A stretch of 64,000 bases of DNA from Mobula hypostoma. Its lineage: Eukaryota. A program made the translations under genes and the position numbers. The notes under the pieces were generated by a model. It was not told the DNA's origin. It saw only the letters and a program-made list of their open reading frames with translations, and did not search any database. The number at the start of each line of letters is the position of its first letter. Positions within the stretch are counted from its first letter, which is position 1. The DNA lies in NCBI RefSeq assembly GCF_963921235.1, contig NC_086108.1, positions 56,732,001 to 56,796,000 on the forward strand, written 5' to 3'. Below are positions 37,170-49,114 of the stretch, in pieces.

Positions 37170-39159
37170 AAAAGTAGAATATTAAAATAAAAATACAATA
37201 AAATGCTGATTAGGTAACATCTATGGGGAGAAAAGTGAAGTTGTTGACTAGTTCTGAACAAAAGTTGACAATCTAAAATCTAAGATGTTAACTCTTGACA
37301 CTTCTGATGACTTCTTTTTTCAATAAGAAATAGTCATCAAATTTTCACCACAAACATTGCCTGTTGAACATTTACTGCTTTTTCTACAAGGAATAGTTTC
37401 CCTTTTCATTACCCTTGGTGACCCTAGGATCTGCCTTTGGCTATCTCCTATGTGCTGCCTCTTGCCTCGAAGGGCCGAATGGCCTACTCCTGCACCTATT
37501 TTCTATGTTTTCTATGTATCACCAAAAATTGCTCTGTGCATCTGTTTCCATGTCTATGCTCATGACATCCAGTTCTTGCAGTAGCACTTCCACTATCTCT
37601 AAAATGATGTTATTCCTCAAAATTCCTATACCAAATGAGAAGAAATTTCCTCCAACTAATTACAGGGAAGAAGAAGGCCATTATCTTTTTTTCTCATTCT
37701 ATTGCTGTTTATAATGTGATGCAATTAATGCTCGTTGTTAGTTTCCCTTTTCTATATTCTAGAAACCTGAGCTCATTCAAAACTGCTAATTCTTATCACT
37801 TGATCACCTCCTTTGAGCTCACTGGCCTTAATTTACTCACAATCAAGTAAATATCTGTTTTAAAGTTCTGAACTTTGTTTCAACTCTCTCCCTCGTCTTA
37901 CACCTGCCCATCTCTATTATCTCCAATCCTATTACTGTTCAAGATATCTAATTTATTTTGTTTCAGGCCTCTTGGCCAATTCTAGTATCATCACTCCACC
38001 ATCAACAGTTGTGCTTTCAGCTGTCAAGAGTGTAAGATCACAAATTCTATCCATAAGCCTCTTTTCCATTCATAAACTAACATCTACAAAACAGTCATTC
38101 AAAAGCTACATTCAACAGCCACATAGACCATGGCTGCTTTTAAGACAAATTCACCTGTTACTTTCTTGTTTATTTTCAAATTGTAGAGGAAGTACTTAGA
38201 TCTGAGTGTAAATAACATTCACCCTATTTATTATGAGGGGAATTAGTCTTGTTTCCTTTCACTAAGACAATTGTAAATGTTGCTTTAAGGTGTCAAGCAT
38301 ACTTCCTCTTTGAGAATCTCAGTTATGTGCCTAAAGAACAAAATTCATGTACAGCCTGTCACTGAATAGCATGTGTTAGCTGCAATGCATTGACAGGAGA
38401 TTGTTCTGTCCAGAGACAGAATTCTATAACATCATGGAATCTCAAACTAAGAAGCTGCTTTTCACCTTTGAATTCCTTTCCATGACTTATTAAATTCTAT
38501 AATCCAAGTTGAAGCCATTCACCTCTGATGCGTCATTTACCTCTTCACATAACCTTGATGATATTCCACATTTCATTTCAGTTAGTCAAGTTAATAATTG
38601 TTAATCAGATTATTCTTAATCAGATCAAAACCAGATACTTTAAACCAAGAATTCAAATGTTCTCCAACTTTCTGTTTTTATTGTTGCTGAAAAAGTGCAT
38701 CGTGAACTTACCCTACAGAAAAGAGGTGATATATTTTTGTCAGAGCAAGAAAGCAATTATGGACTTCTATAAAACACCAGTTCAATCACAACTGGAGTAT
38801 GGTGTCCAGTTCTGTACATTACTCTATATGAGTCATGAAGACTTTGGAAAGGAAGCAGAAGAGATGTGCTAAATTCATTCCAGAGATGAAGAATGTTTCC
38901 TTGGAACAAAGGAGTTTACAAAGGGATCTGATAAAGTTGCTGAAAATTGTATAAATGCCATGTGTAAATTGAGAAACTGTAACCCCCTGGCAAAGGTTCA
39001 AAGTTCAAAGTAAATTTATTATCAAAGAGTGTATATGTCACCATATGCTACTGAGTTTCATTTTTGCAGGCATTCACAGTAGAACAAAGAATCAATATTA
39101 ACCAACCAATGTGCAAAAGAAGACAATCTGGCCAAATACAATAATAGCTAAATAAATAG

Positions 39160-40351
39160 CTGGATGAGGGGGTAGAAGGGTGGGTTGGCAAGTTTGCAGA
39201 TGACACAAAGGTTGGTGGTGTTGTAGATAGTGTAGAGGTTTGTCAAAGATTGCAGAGAGACATTGATAAGATGCCGAAGTGGGCTGAGAAGTGGCAGATG
39301 GAGTTCAACCCAGAGAAGTGTGAGGTGGTACACTTTGGAAGGACAAACTCCAAGGCAGAGTACAAAGTAAATGGCAGGATACTTGGTAGTGTGGAGGAGC
39401 AGAGGGATCTCGGGGTACATGTCCACAGATCCCTGAAAGTTGCCTCACAGGTAGAAAGGGTAGTTAAGAAAGCTTATGGGGTGTTAGCTTTCATAAGTCG
39501 AGGGATAGAGTTTAAGAGTCACAATGTAATGATGCAGCTCTATAAAACTCTGGTTAGGCCACACTTGGAGTACTGTGTCCAGTTCTGGTCGCCTCACTAT
39601 AGGAAGCATGTGGAAGCATTGGAAAGGGTACAGGGGGGATTTACCAAGATGCTGCCTGGTTTAGAGAGTATGCATTATGATCAGAGATTAAGGGAACTAG
39701 GGCTTTACTCTTTGGAGAGAAGGAGGATGAGAGGAGACATGATAGAGGTGTACAAGATAATAAGAGGAATAGATAGAGTGGATAGCCAGCACCTCTTCCC
39801 CAGGGCACCACTGCTCAATACAAGAGGACATGGCTTTAAGGTAAGGGATGGGAAGTTCAAGGGGGATATTAGAGGAAGGTTTTTTACTCAGCAACACTCA
39901 CAAACACGCTGGAGGAACTCAGCAGGTCAGGCAGCATCCGTGGAAAAGATCAGTCTACGTTACGGACCGAAACCCTTTGTCAGGACTGGAAGGTGAGTTA
40001 CTTGGCACAACTGGAAAGATAAAAATGGAACTTGGCCAACATGCCCCCACACAGGTGGATGACGGAGGAGGGGTGTTGGAGGACGATGGTGTAGTTAACA
40101 TGAGAAAAGCTGTAGGCAGGTAAAGGAGGATAAGGGCAGATGACCAAGTTTTTACTCAGAGAGTGGATGGTGCGTGGAATGCACTGCCTGAGTCAGTGGT
40201 GGAGGCAGATACACTCATGAAGTTTAAGAGACTACTAGACAGGTATATGGAGGAATTTAAGGTGGGGGGTTATATGGGAGGCAGGGTTTGAGGGTTGACA
40301 CAACATTGTGGGCCGAAGGGCCTGTAATGTGCTGTACTACTCTATGTTCTA
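39160..40351 (+). mobile_element. Young CR1 copy, near-identical to 34856-35791, carrying an internal insertion
   Basis: ORF 39250-39996 is almost identical to the 34709 ORF up to RGRFFTQ; the CR1 resumes at about 40149. Confidence 0.93.
39892..40148 (-). mobile_element. Penelope pLTR fragment plus a 158-bp extra segment, inserted in CR1
   Basis: Flanked by duplicated tttttactcag (11 bp); absent from the sister CR1 at about 35580. Confidence 0.85.
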
Positions 40352-41699
40352 TAACTAGATAGACAGCAAAATAAATAAATAAACAAACTAACTAACTAAG
40401 AACATGAGAATAAAACTAAGAACATACTGTAGGTTGTGGAATCAGTTCAGAGTTGAGGTGAGTGAAGTTATCCACGTTGGTTCAGGATCCTGATGATTGA
40501 AGGGTAAGAACTGCTCCTGAACCTGATGGTGTGTGACCTAAGGCTCCTGTGCCTCCCTCCCAGTGGTAGTAGCAAGAAAAGAGCATGGCCTGGATGTTGG
40601 GGGTCCTTGATGATGGATACTGCTTTCTTGTGGGTCAGTGCTCCTTGTAGATGTGCTCAGTGGTGGGCAACGATTTTCTCGTGATGGACTGGGCTGTATT
40701 CAGCACCTTTTGGAGGCTTTTCTTCTGTTCCTGGCCACTGGTGATTCCATACCAGGCCATGATGCAACCAGTCAGGATACTGTTCATCTATAGAATGAAC
40801 TTCTGTTCATCTACTGCACGAACTTCTAAAAAAGTAGAAGGTTAAGAATCAGAGGATATCAGATGTGGAAGATTGATGAAAGAACCAAGAGTTATGCAAA
40901 GAAAAATGTTTCATGGAATGAATGTTTAAGGGTTTGAATTCACTGCCCATATTTTTTTTCAGCAACATTGTGAAATCATTCCAAGAGAACAAACACATTA
41001 ATAATATTATTTTATTTCAAGAAGAAGAGGATTACTTATCATATGCTTGTGAACAGAAAATCAAGTGAAATGTAACCCTTCTACAAGAGTACAACACAAA
41101 TAACCCAATTGGGAAAATAGTCCTGATTGAAACATTTTCAAGTTGAGTAATTGAAAATGGGAATGGTACAAAATGCTTAATTAGCTCTGCACAATGCATG
41201 ATATACAAATAATTTATAAAGTTACAAGAAAAAGTGCTAAGATAATCAGCTACTCCATGGACTAATATTCAATAGAGTTAACTACAATGAACAATTGTGA
41301 TTACAGAATGAAACTATTAAGGTTGGACAATGAAACTCCAACAGTTGATCAGAACTTGAGGCAACAAGATTAGGGAATCCTAATGGAGCAATTTCAAAAT
41401 GTGAAATGTTTTCCTTTGGTCAAGTTTTTATTTTAAACTTTTTTAACATTTAGCTTTCAAAAAAAACGTGATTGGTTACTCTTGGAACGGATAGGCACAC
41501 AAAAAGTGGAATGGAAAGATGGGAAGTACAGCAGAGAGGGAGAACTACCTTAGTGCAACATGAATATGGGTAGGGCACCTGGGATGGGTTAACACAGAAC
41601 GACAGGTCAGTGGGCCGGTCGCTTTGCTTCTGCGATGTAAATTTAATGTAAATTTTAGGAGATAGCGACAATGTAATGCCCAACGCTCCATGTTAATAA

Positions 41700-42900
41700 A
41701 GGACCTAACCACTCCTTCCAATCCTGGGGCTGCTCGGAAAGCAGTTTCAATTTCACAAGTACCGAGTTAGAAAGTTAGATTGCAGCAGTCTGCTCTTTTT
41801 TTGATGACTGCGTGTGAGAAGGATCACACATTTCAGAGGTGTGAAAGGCGTGTGGTTTTAGGCTGGGCTCTGAAATAGAATCACAGGAGCGCAGCAGTGA
41901 GGAACCCAGCTCAAGTGTGTGGTTTAAACGGCAGCCATGCGATTTGTTTAAAACTTGCCAGAAATAGTATCCCCGATAATTCTCCCCTATAAAAAAAATT
42001 GAATAGTCGGGCTCTTTGCGACGCTTTGTGATCTGTCTCCGGCGTTGAGTTACAACGGGGGAAAGAGAAGCCGCGACACGTGGAACAGCGCCGGTCCCGG
42101 AGTGATGTGAACCGTGAGTAACCCGTCTCTTTCTTTTGGGCGATGCGTTGTGTTCATGGAACGGGTGTCCGGCGCTGAGAAGCTGCCAACTTTCGGGCAG
42201 AATAGTCCTTGTTTCCCCTTGGGCAGCCGCGGGGCGGGGGGATGAAATCCGGCTCAATGCAGGGAAGTAGGTGCTGTTTCTGGCGGATGGTGAGCCTTAA
42301 CAAGAGTAACATTATTCTCTTAAAAATCGGATTTATTTCTTTTTTTCAAAGATTATCCGCGTTAGATAGTGTCCTCAGTTCGGAATTAATTTGCCGTTTG
42401 TGCGGAAAATGTTTAATCGTTCATTTTAACTTAATAAACGTTTCCATCAAGTATGAATCATACTAAAAAAGTTAAGGGGGAAATAAATGTGTGGATACAT
42501 TCTGCTAAGATTAAAGTTGCCGAAACTACAGGTAGATTATTGTTTATTTCCATTCGTTCATCTGCTCTGCCGAAGTTAGAAGATTTGCTGGGAGTGCGCT
42601 TAAAGTGGGAAATACTGGTAACACCGCCGCGGCTGTGGAGGGGTCGATGACCCTTCGCCGTTGGGGTACGGATCAGCTCCTTCCAGGGTGATGGCTTGAA
42701 TCGTTCTCGTCAAAATATCCTAGATATGGGAGAGGGCGGGGTGTCGGTGGTTTGGAGTATTCTATGAGTCAGGTTGTGGAAGTGTGCCTCGTTTGGTTCG
42801 CCGCCTAATGACTCAGTGACCGGGGTGTCAGTTCTGGCGTGGGTGCGCTGGGACTGCCCGCCTGGGGTTAGAGAGGAAGACACTTTGAGCCCTTCATTGT
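41700..42900 (+). promoter_or_regulatory. IL12RB2: CpG-rich promoter region, probably of IL12RB2
   Basis: The only extended non-repeat CpG-rich stretch seen in the window. Contains TATAAAA 41988-41994, GC box 42231-42239, ISRE-like 41743-41754, T-box 41837-41846, Runx 41851 and 41918, E-box CACGTG 42077, GAS 42153-42161, and AP-1 42765 and 42809. Confidence 0.7.
42018..42113 (+). other. IL12RB2: Candidate non-coding first exon of IL12RB2
   Basis: Start inferred about 30 nt downstream of the TATA box; donor ACC|gtgagt at 42113/42114. The next exon (61460) has an acceptor upstream of its ATG, so an upstream non-coding exon must exist. Confidence 0.45.
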
Positions 42901-43079
42901 CTGCAGGACTGTCGCATATTATATGGGTAAGCGGTATTCAGTACTTCACGTTGCTATCGTTCCTCATGGGCTGTCATGTCAGTGGGATTGCAGATTGGAA
43001 AGGAGAATGCAGATGGAGATGACTGAATGTTACAAGTGGCCCGCTGAGGAACAGCAATAAACGGAACCTCAGAGCCCAA

Positions 43080-44575
43080 GAACATAGAGGTGGGCCTTTC
43101 GTCCCACCATGTTCCGGCAGCGTTTGTGCAGCTATACTGTACTAATAATATTTATTCGCATTAGATGTGTTTATGCCCACTTTGCCTTCCCTGTTTAAGT
43201 GCCAGCCTGATTATCTCAAACATAACTGATTTCACCACCTCCTCAGGCAACCATTCTGTTTGTGGTTTTAAAAAATAAAAATCCCCCCAGATCACCTTTC
43301 AAACTCCTTCCTCTCATCTTAAACCTATGCTCCCTTTTTTTTAATACCCTACCGTGAGGGACATGATTTTGACATCTATCCCATCTGTGCCTCCCATAAT
43401 CTCATATACCTGCACTCGGATCAGGTCATCCTTCAACCGGCCCTGCTTCCAGGAAAAGAAGCCCAGCCTATCCACCCTCTCCCTAAGTCCTCCAATCCAG
43501 ATAACATCCACGTGAATCTCCCCTGTATTCTCCAGTGCATGCACACATTTGAAATATTGTTTACAGGTCTCATATCTTTACCTGAGAAGGATATATTTGT
43601 GTTAGATGGAGTGTAGTGAAGATTCACAGATTGATTACTAGGATGGCAAGTTTGTCATGTGGCATGATCTGTATTCTTAAATCTGGAGTGAGAGGTGACC
43701 TCATGGAAATATGCAAAGTGCTTACTGGGTTTGACAAGATAGTTGCAGTGTTGAATTTTCCCCCAGGCTGGGAAGTCTAGAAGCAAGGGATGGTTTCAAA
43801 ATAAGGGGTTGGGCATTTAGGACTGAGTGAAGAAATTTCTTATTGAGATTGTAATACGTCTTCGGACCCATACCCTAAAGGGAAGTTGGGGCTCGGTCCC
43901 TGAGTATATTCCAAATGGGATCTGGTACAACTCTTGTTACCAAGCTATAGGAAGGATCACTTTAAACTGGAAAGTGCAAAAAAATACAAGGATGGTACAG
44001 AAGTAAAGGTGTTGAGTTATAACGAGAGACTAGATAGTCTGGAACAATTTTTTCCTGGAGCGTAGAAGGCTGGGGAGTGACCTTATGGAAGCTTATAAAA
44101 TAATGAGCTGAATGGTTGCAGTCTTTATCCCTGGGTAGAGGGCATGGTTTGACATGAGAGGGGAAGGATTTAAAGGGGACTTCGTGGTTGGTGGGTATAT
44201 GGAACAAGCTGGTTAGAGGAAGTGGTAGAGGTGGATATAATCAAAAGGTTTCAAGGGCATTTAGACAAGTAGATGGATAGAGAAGGTTTAGCGGGAACAA
44301 TAATAGCCTGCTGGAGGAAGTGAGTGGGACAGGCAGCATTTACAGAGGGAAGTAGACAGTCAACATTTGGGTCCTTTCATCTGGACTAGACGCTCCAAGT
44401 TCCTCCAGGAATTTGTTTTTGGTCCAGGTTCCAGCATCTGCTGTCTCTTGTCTCCAACGTTTAGAGGAGTGTCGGTTAAATGCAGGCAAATGGGACTAGC
44501 TCAGGTTAAGTAGCTTGGTCAGCGTGAGTGAGCTAGGCCAAGGGCCTGTTTCAGTGCTTGTATGACACTGACCCT
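43080..44575. mobile_element. Cluster of old CR1 3' fragments with a Penelope pLTR mini-insertion at about 44296-44458
   Basis: CR1 3'-end similarity on both strands; pLTR block ctggagga...ggcagcat with its partial inverse. Confidence 0.65.
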
Positions 44576-45997
44576 GAGCCAGATACATGGTGATTAAGGA
44601 AATCAAGGGAAATGTAGTTAAGCCCAGAAATTGTACAAGTGTGTACAGTTTCAGCACTGGTGAGGTGAAATAGGGGGAAGGTTCACAATGTCTACGCATG
44701 TTAGTGATAGAAAGGAGACTGGATATAATGTCGAACTTCAGGAGATAACCTGCTATTTTCCAAGGAAGGTAATCATCAAATTACTAAATTGTTATAAAAA
44801 CACAGCTGGCTGACCAAAGTTTGGGATTTATGTGATTCGAAGATTGGGGAAATGATTTTAGATTTTTTTTTGGCAAATTACAAAGATCTGAAAAGAATGC
44901 ATATTAAAAATGTTGATGTTGTCTTCAATGTTTGCATCCCATAAATGAATTTTAAAATGAGTATGATACTGTCAGAGAGGTTGCGTTCATGTAGCAACAG
45001 AAACAGTGGCTGCAGCGTTCATAATGCTAATTGTAGCCCACATAGTGTTTGATGCCAGATAGGCTTCCTCGTGTAAACCTGGCCTATCTTATGTCTACCC
45101 TACCATTACTGATCCAGTGATCACTTTTTTTTTCCTTTTACAAGCAGAAATTTAGGGCAAAAATTCTCTCCATTGGACTAAGATTCTTCAAGGGTCATTA
45201 TTCAACCTAAAAAGGTGTGATTATATTTTGAAACTATTCTTTATTCAGTTTAATCACTAATCTGTTTTATTATTCAAGTTTGAATCAAAGATCGCTTCCT
45301 TCTTGTCAGATCTACTGTAATAATAGATGAGGAAGTAGTTTGCATATAGGAAGTCTACTACCTTTTACTGTAATCATGTTAGTTCCTGTTTAAGAATAGG
45401 TAAAGACCTCTTTATCGTTTCCTCTTATCTCAGCCACTATATAACACTGAGAATGGAAGTAATATTCCAGCATCTGCAGAATCTCCTGGATCTCCACTTT
45501 AACACTCACTTTTTTAAAAAATAGCCTACTTAATGGTCTACTTTCAATGTTCCTCCTTGGCCTCACCACAGTTTTGGGGTGAAATTTCATGACACTCTCT
45601 GTTCAAAAGAAATAGACAGACGTAAGACTGACAAGGATTTTAAATTGATCTGTTGGGTGAAGACAATGGAGGTTTTTGAGAAAGGGAAACCAATTGTTTT
45701 TTCTTTGATATAATCCTTCCATTTCTTATGGTTTGCACAATTGCTTACCTTCACCTAAGCACTTTTATTTAGTTTAATACTGGCACTAATTACTTATTAT
45801 TCCATCATTCTAGTAGTTTTTTTTTGCTTGCCAAAGAACCAGGTTTATCATTCACACATAATCCTGAATGGGCTCACTGCAGATCAACCAACTAATAATT
45901 TCTTACTCTATTTTAATCTACCCCATTATATTAACCACCTTAAGGTCTAAAATCTTGGATTATCACCTTCATTTCTCCCTTTTGAAAATACTAATGT

Positions 45998-46205
45998 GCC
46001 AGCCAGTGGTGTAGTGCTGTCCACGCTGCACTTCGAGGTGAGCGGTCCTGAGTTTGAATCCGATTGGCTCCCTGTACGCATTCCATCTGTGCTGGGTTGA
46101 GCGTCGAGCTAGTGACTCGGCATTTACAAAAACAGGCAAAAAATGCTAATGAGATGGTAAGGTTGCCACCCAATACACCACAAGGCGCGGAAAGGACCAA
46201 CAACA
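45998..46205 (+). mobile_element. tRNA-derived SINE
   Basis: A-box-like TGGTGTAGTG and B-box-like GTTTGAATCC with tRNA spacing, followed by a non-tRNA body and a (CAA)n tail. Confidence 0.65.
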
Positions 46206-46579
46206 AACTACTAATAATAAATGCAGTGATCTTATGGTTATTCTCTCTGGGATTTCCATGTGTTCTACTTCTGGCTTCATTACTAAATAGAGTATCCTTG
46301 ATTCTCTTATCAGAGTAAATAATGGCAGTGTATGCCCCGTACACTGAAGTGATTGCTTCAACATCTTCAATGTCGTCATCTTCATTCATACATTTTAGTT
46401 ACTTGGAAGCAAGCAATTATATTTGACTCACTATGGGGAAAGAGAAAAAATGGTACTAGTATAACAATAAAATGCAAATTGTTGGATATGCACAGCACAT
46501 TTGCATGGAGTGCAGATTAGGTCCCTGTGAGTATTTTAAAACAGTGTTGTAATAAAGTGATTGGGATTATCTGGAGGTT

Positions 46580-48210
46580 TACAAACTGAAGAAAATCTGC
46601 AGGTGCTGGAATGCTCAAGGAACTCAGCAGACCAGGCAGCATCTATGGAAGAGTAAAAGCGCTGAGTTTTCGGGCCAAGACCCTTCATCAGGACTGGAAA
46701 AAGGGATGAGATTTCAGAGTAAGAAGGTGGGGGAGGGGAGGAAGAAGTACAAGGTAATAGGTGTTAAGTAAAGAGCTAGGAAGTTGATTGGTGCAAGAGA
46801 TAAAGGGTTAGAGAAAGGGGAATTTGATAAGAGAGGACAGAAGGCCATGGAAGAAAGGAAAGGGGGGGAGGAGCACCAGAAAGAGGTAATGAGTAGGTAG
46901 GGAGATAAAGTGAGAGAAGGAAATAGGAATAGGGAATGTTGGTGGGGGGGGGGGCGGGTGGCGGCAATTACCAGGAGTTTGAGAAATCGATGTTCGTGCC
47001 ATCAGGTTGGAGACTACCTAGACGGAATATAAGGTGTTGCTCCTCCAACCTGAGTTTGGCCTTATCAAGGCAGTAGAGGAGGCCATAGACTGACATTTTG
47101 GAATGGGAGTGGAGAGTAGAATTGAAATGGGTGGCCACCAGAAGATCTTGCTTTTTCTGGTGGATGAAACATGGAGGCTCAGTGAAGCAGTCTCCCAATC
47201 TACGTTGGGTGTCACCAATATTCAGGAGACCACACCGGGAGCAGCAGATATGGTAGATAACCCCAACAGACTCACAGTGAAGTGTCGCCTCACCTGGAAT
47301 GACTGTTTGGGCCCTGAATGGTAGTGAGGGAGGAGGTAGAGGGGCAGGTGCAGTACTTGTTCCACTTGCACCAGGTGGGAGATCAGTGGGCAAGGACAAA
47401 TGAACAAGGGAGTCGCATAAGGAGGGTTCCCTGTGGAAAGCGAAAAATGGAAGTGAAGCAAAAGATGTGCTTGGTGGTGGGATCCCATTGGAGATAGCAG
47501 AAGATACAGAGAATTATGTGCTGGACACAGAGGCTGGTGGGGTGGTAGGTGAGGACAAGAGAAACCGCATCCCTGGTGGGGTGGCAGGTGGATGGGGTGA
47601 GGGCGGATGTGCGCAAAATGGAAGAGATGTGGGTGAGGGCAGCGTTGATGGTGGAGGAAGGAAAGCCCCTTTCTTTGAAGAGGGAGAACATTTCATTAGC
47701 TCTGGAATAAAAAGTATTATCCAGAGTGCAGATGCAGTGCAGGCAAAGGAATTGTGAGAAGGGGATGGCATTTTTACAAATGACAGGGTGGGAAGAGGTA
47801 TACTGTAGTCCAGGTAGCAGTGAGAATCAGTGGGTTTATAAAAATTATCAGGTGATAAGCTGTCTCCAGAGATAGAGACAGTGAAATCGAGAAAGGGTAG
47901 CGGTTGTCGGAAATGGACCATGTAAAATTGAGGGCAGGGTGGAAGTTGGAGGCAAAGTTGATGAAGTCGATGAGCTTGGCATGGGTGCAGGAAGCAGCAC
48001 CAATATAGTCATTGATGTGGTGTAGGAAAAGTTGGCCAGTGATACTGGTGTAGGCTTGAAACATTGACTGTTCCATGTAGCTGACAAAAAGAAAGGCATA
48101 GATGAGACCCATGTGAATGCCCATGGCTACACCTTTTGTTTGAAAGAAGTGGAAGGAACCAAAGGAGAAATCATTGAGAGCGAGGACCAGTTCTGCCAGA
48201 TGGAGAAGAG
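46580..48210 (-). mobile_element. Penelope-like retroelement (RT + GIY-YIG endonuclease + 3' pLTR), frameshifted
   Basis: RT motifs MG..MG..YA.LF and FLDFTVSI...FYKPTDSHCYLDYS; GIY-YIG-like GVIYHICCSRCGLLNIGDTQRRLG in ORF 46968-47399(-). Confidence 0.9.
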
Positions 48211-49114
48211 TTTTGTAATTTTTGTAATCAACCCTGGACAGACATTATTAGGGAGAATTTCCGTGGATACTTTCAAAGAACGAGATCAATAGAAAATATG
48301 AAAAAACTTATTTTTAATTATATTTGGTTCAGAAAATCCTGAAGTTAGCAAACTTCACAGGCAAATTGTAAATTGTTTCAAGGGGCAATAAGAATATCCT
48401 TTTCATGAAAAAATTCATGAGCTTTTTTTAAGAGATTGATTTCATGGAGGCTTTCAATTTTTATTCTCTTCGGGGTTATTAATATCTAACTTAATCCAGA
48501 GCTCTGAATTTTCTGCTTTATTGTATTAGTCTCTACCCGTAAAATTGAGCTTCTCATTTATTTTGAATTAAGGGATAGTGTGAGGGATAGAGCTGAAGTC
48601 CTGACATAAATTCTGAATGTTTAGATTGCAAATGGTTCACTGAAAACCCTTCCATTAAATACATTGATAGCATTAAACAATAAAAGTGGAAAATGGTCTA
48701 CAGTATATAGAAAGCTACCCTTCTCGTTTTTCAGCTGCCTTATTTTTTTTTAACTGGACTGTCCTAACTACAAGCATGGACAACTCTCATCACCAAGAAT
48801 TGAACCTGGTTTATGACATTGTCTAGCAAAATCAGTTTTTAAAATATTACTGAAGAGTTTTTGTGAAAGGGTACAAATACGCAGCCACAGCCTATCATCT
48901 GATTACATTCTATTTCTCTGGAGTTCCCACATTGAAGTAAAAATCGGCCCGAATGGAGTGTGGAAACACATACTCATCCAGTATTATGAGTCCCAATGAC
49001 ACTGCAAAAAGGAATTAAACTCCCGCTGCATATAATCAAATAAATATTATTAATAAAACGCTCATGATATTTGTGGTATGGGATTAGTTTCCTATCTTTA
49101 CAGTTTTGTGTACA

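Larger units (their letters stand above)
38995..40830 (-). mobile_element. Rex-Babar-type LINE 3' end, split by the CR1 at 39160-40351
   Basis: Tail ttcaaagttcaaagtaaatttattatc at about 39000; the body resumes at about 40352 with gtgatggactgggctgta...ccataccagg. Confidence 0.7.

Noticed and set aside
41775..42257. 160-aa minus-strand ORF in the CpG island
   Set aside because: No recognisable domain or supporting exon structure. Long ORFs arise by chance in GC-rich sequence.
45998..46075. tRNA gene
   Set aside because: A- and B-box-like motifs are present, but there is no convincing cloverleaf and the sequence continues into a SINE body and tail.
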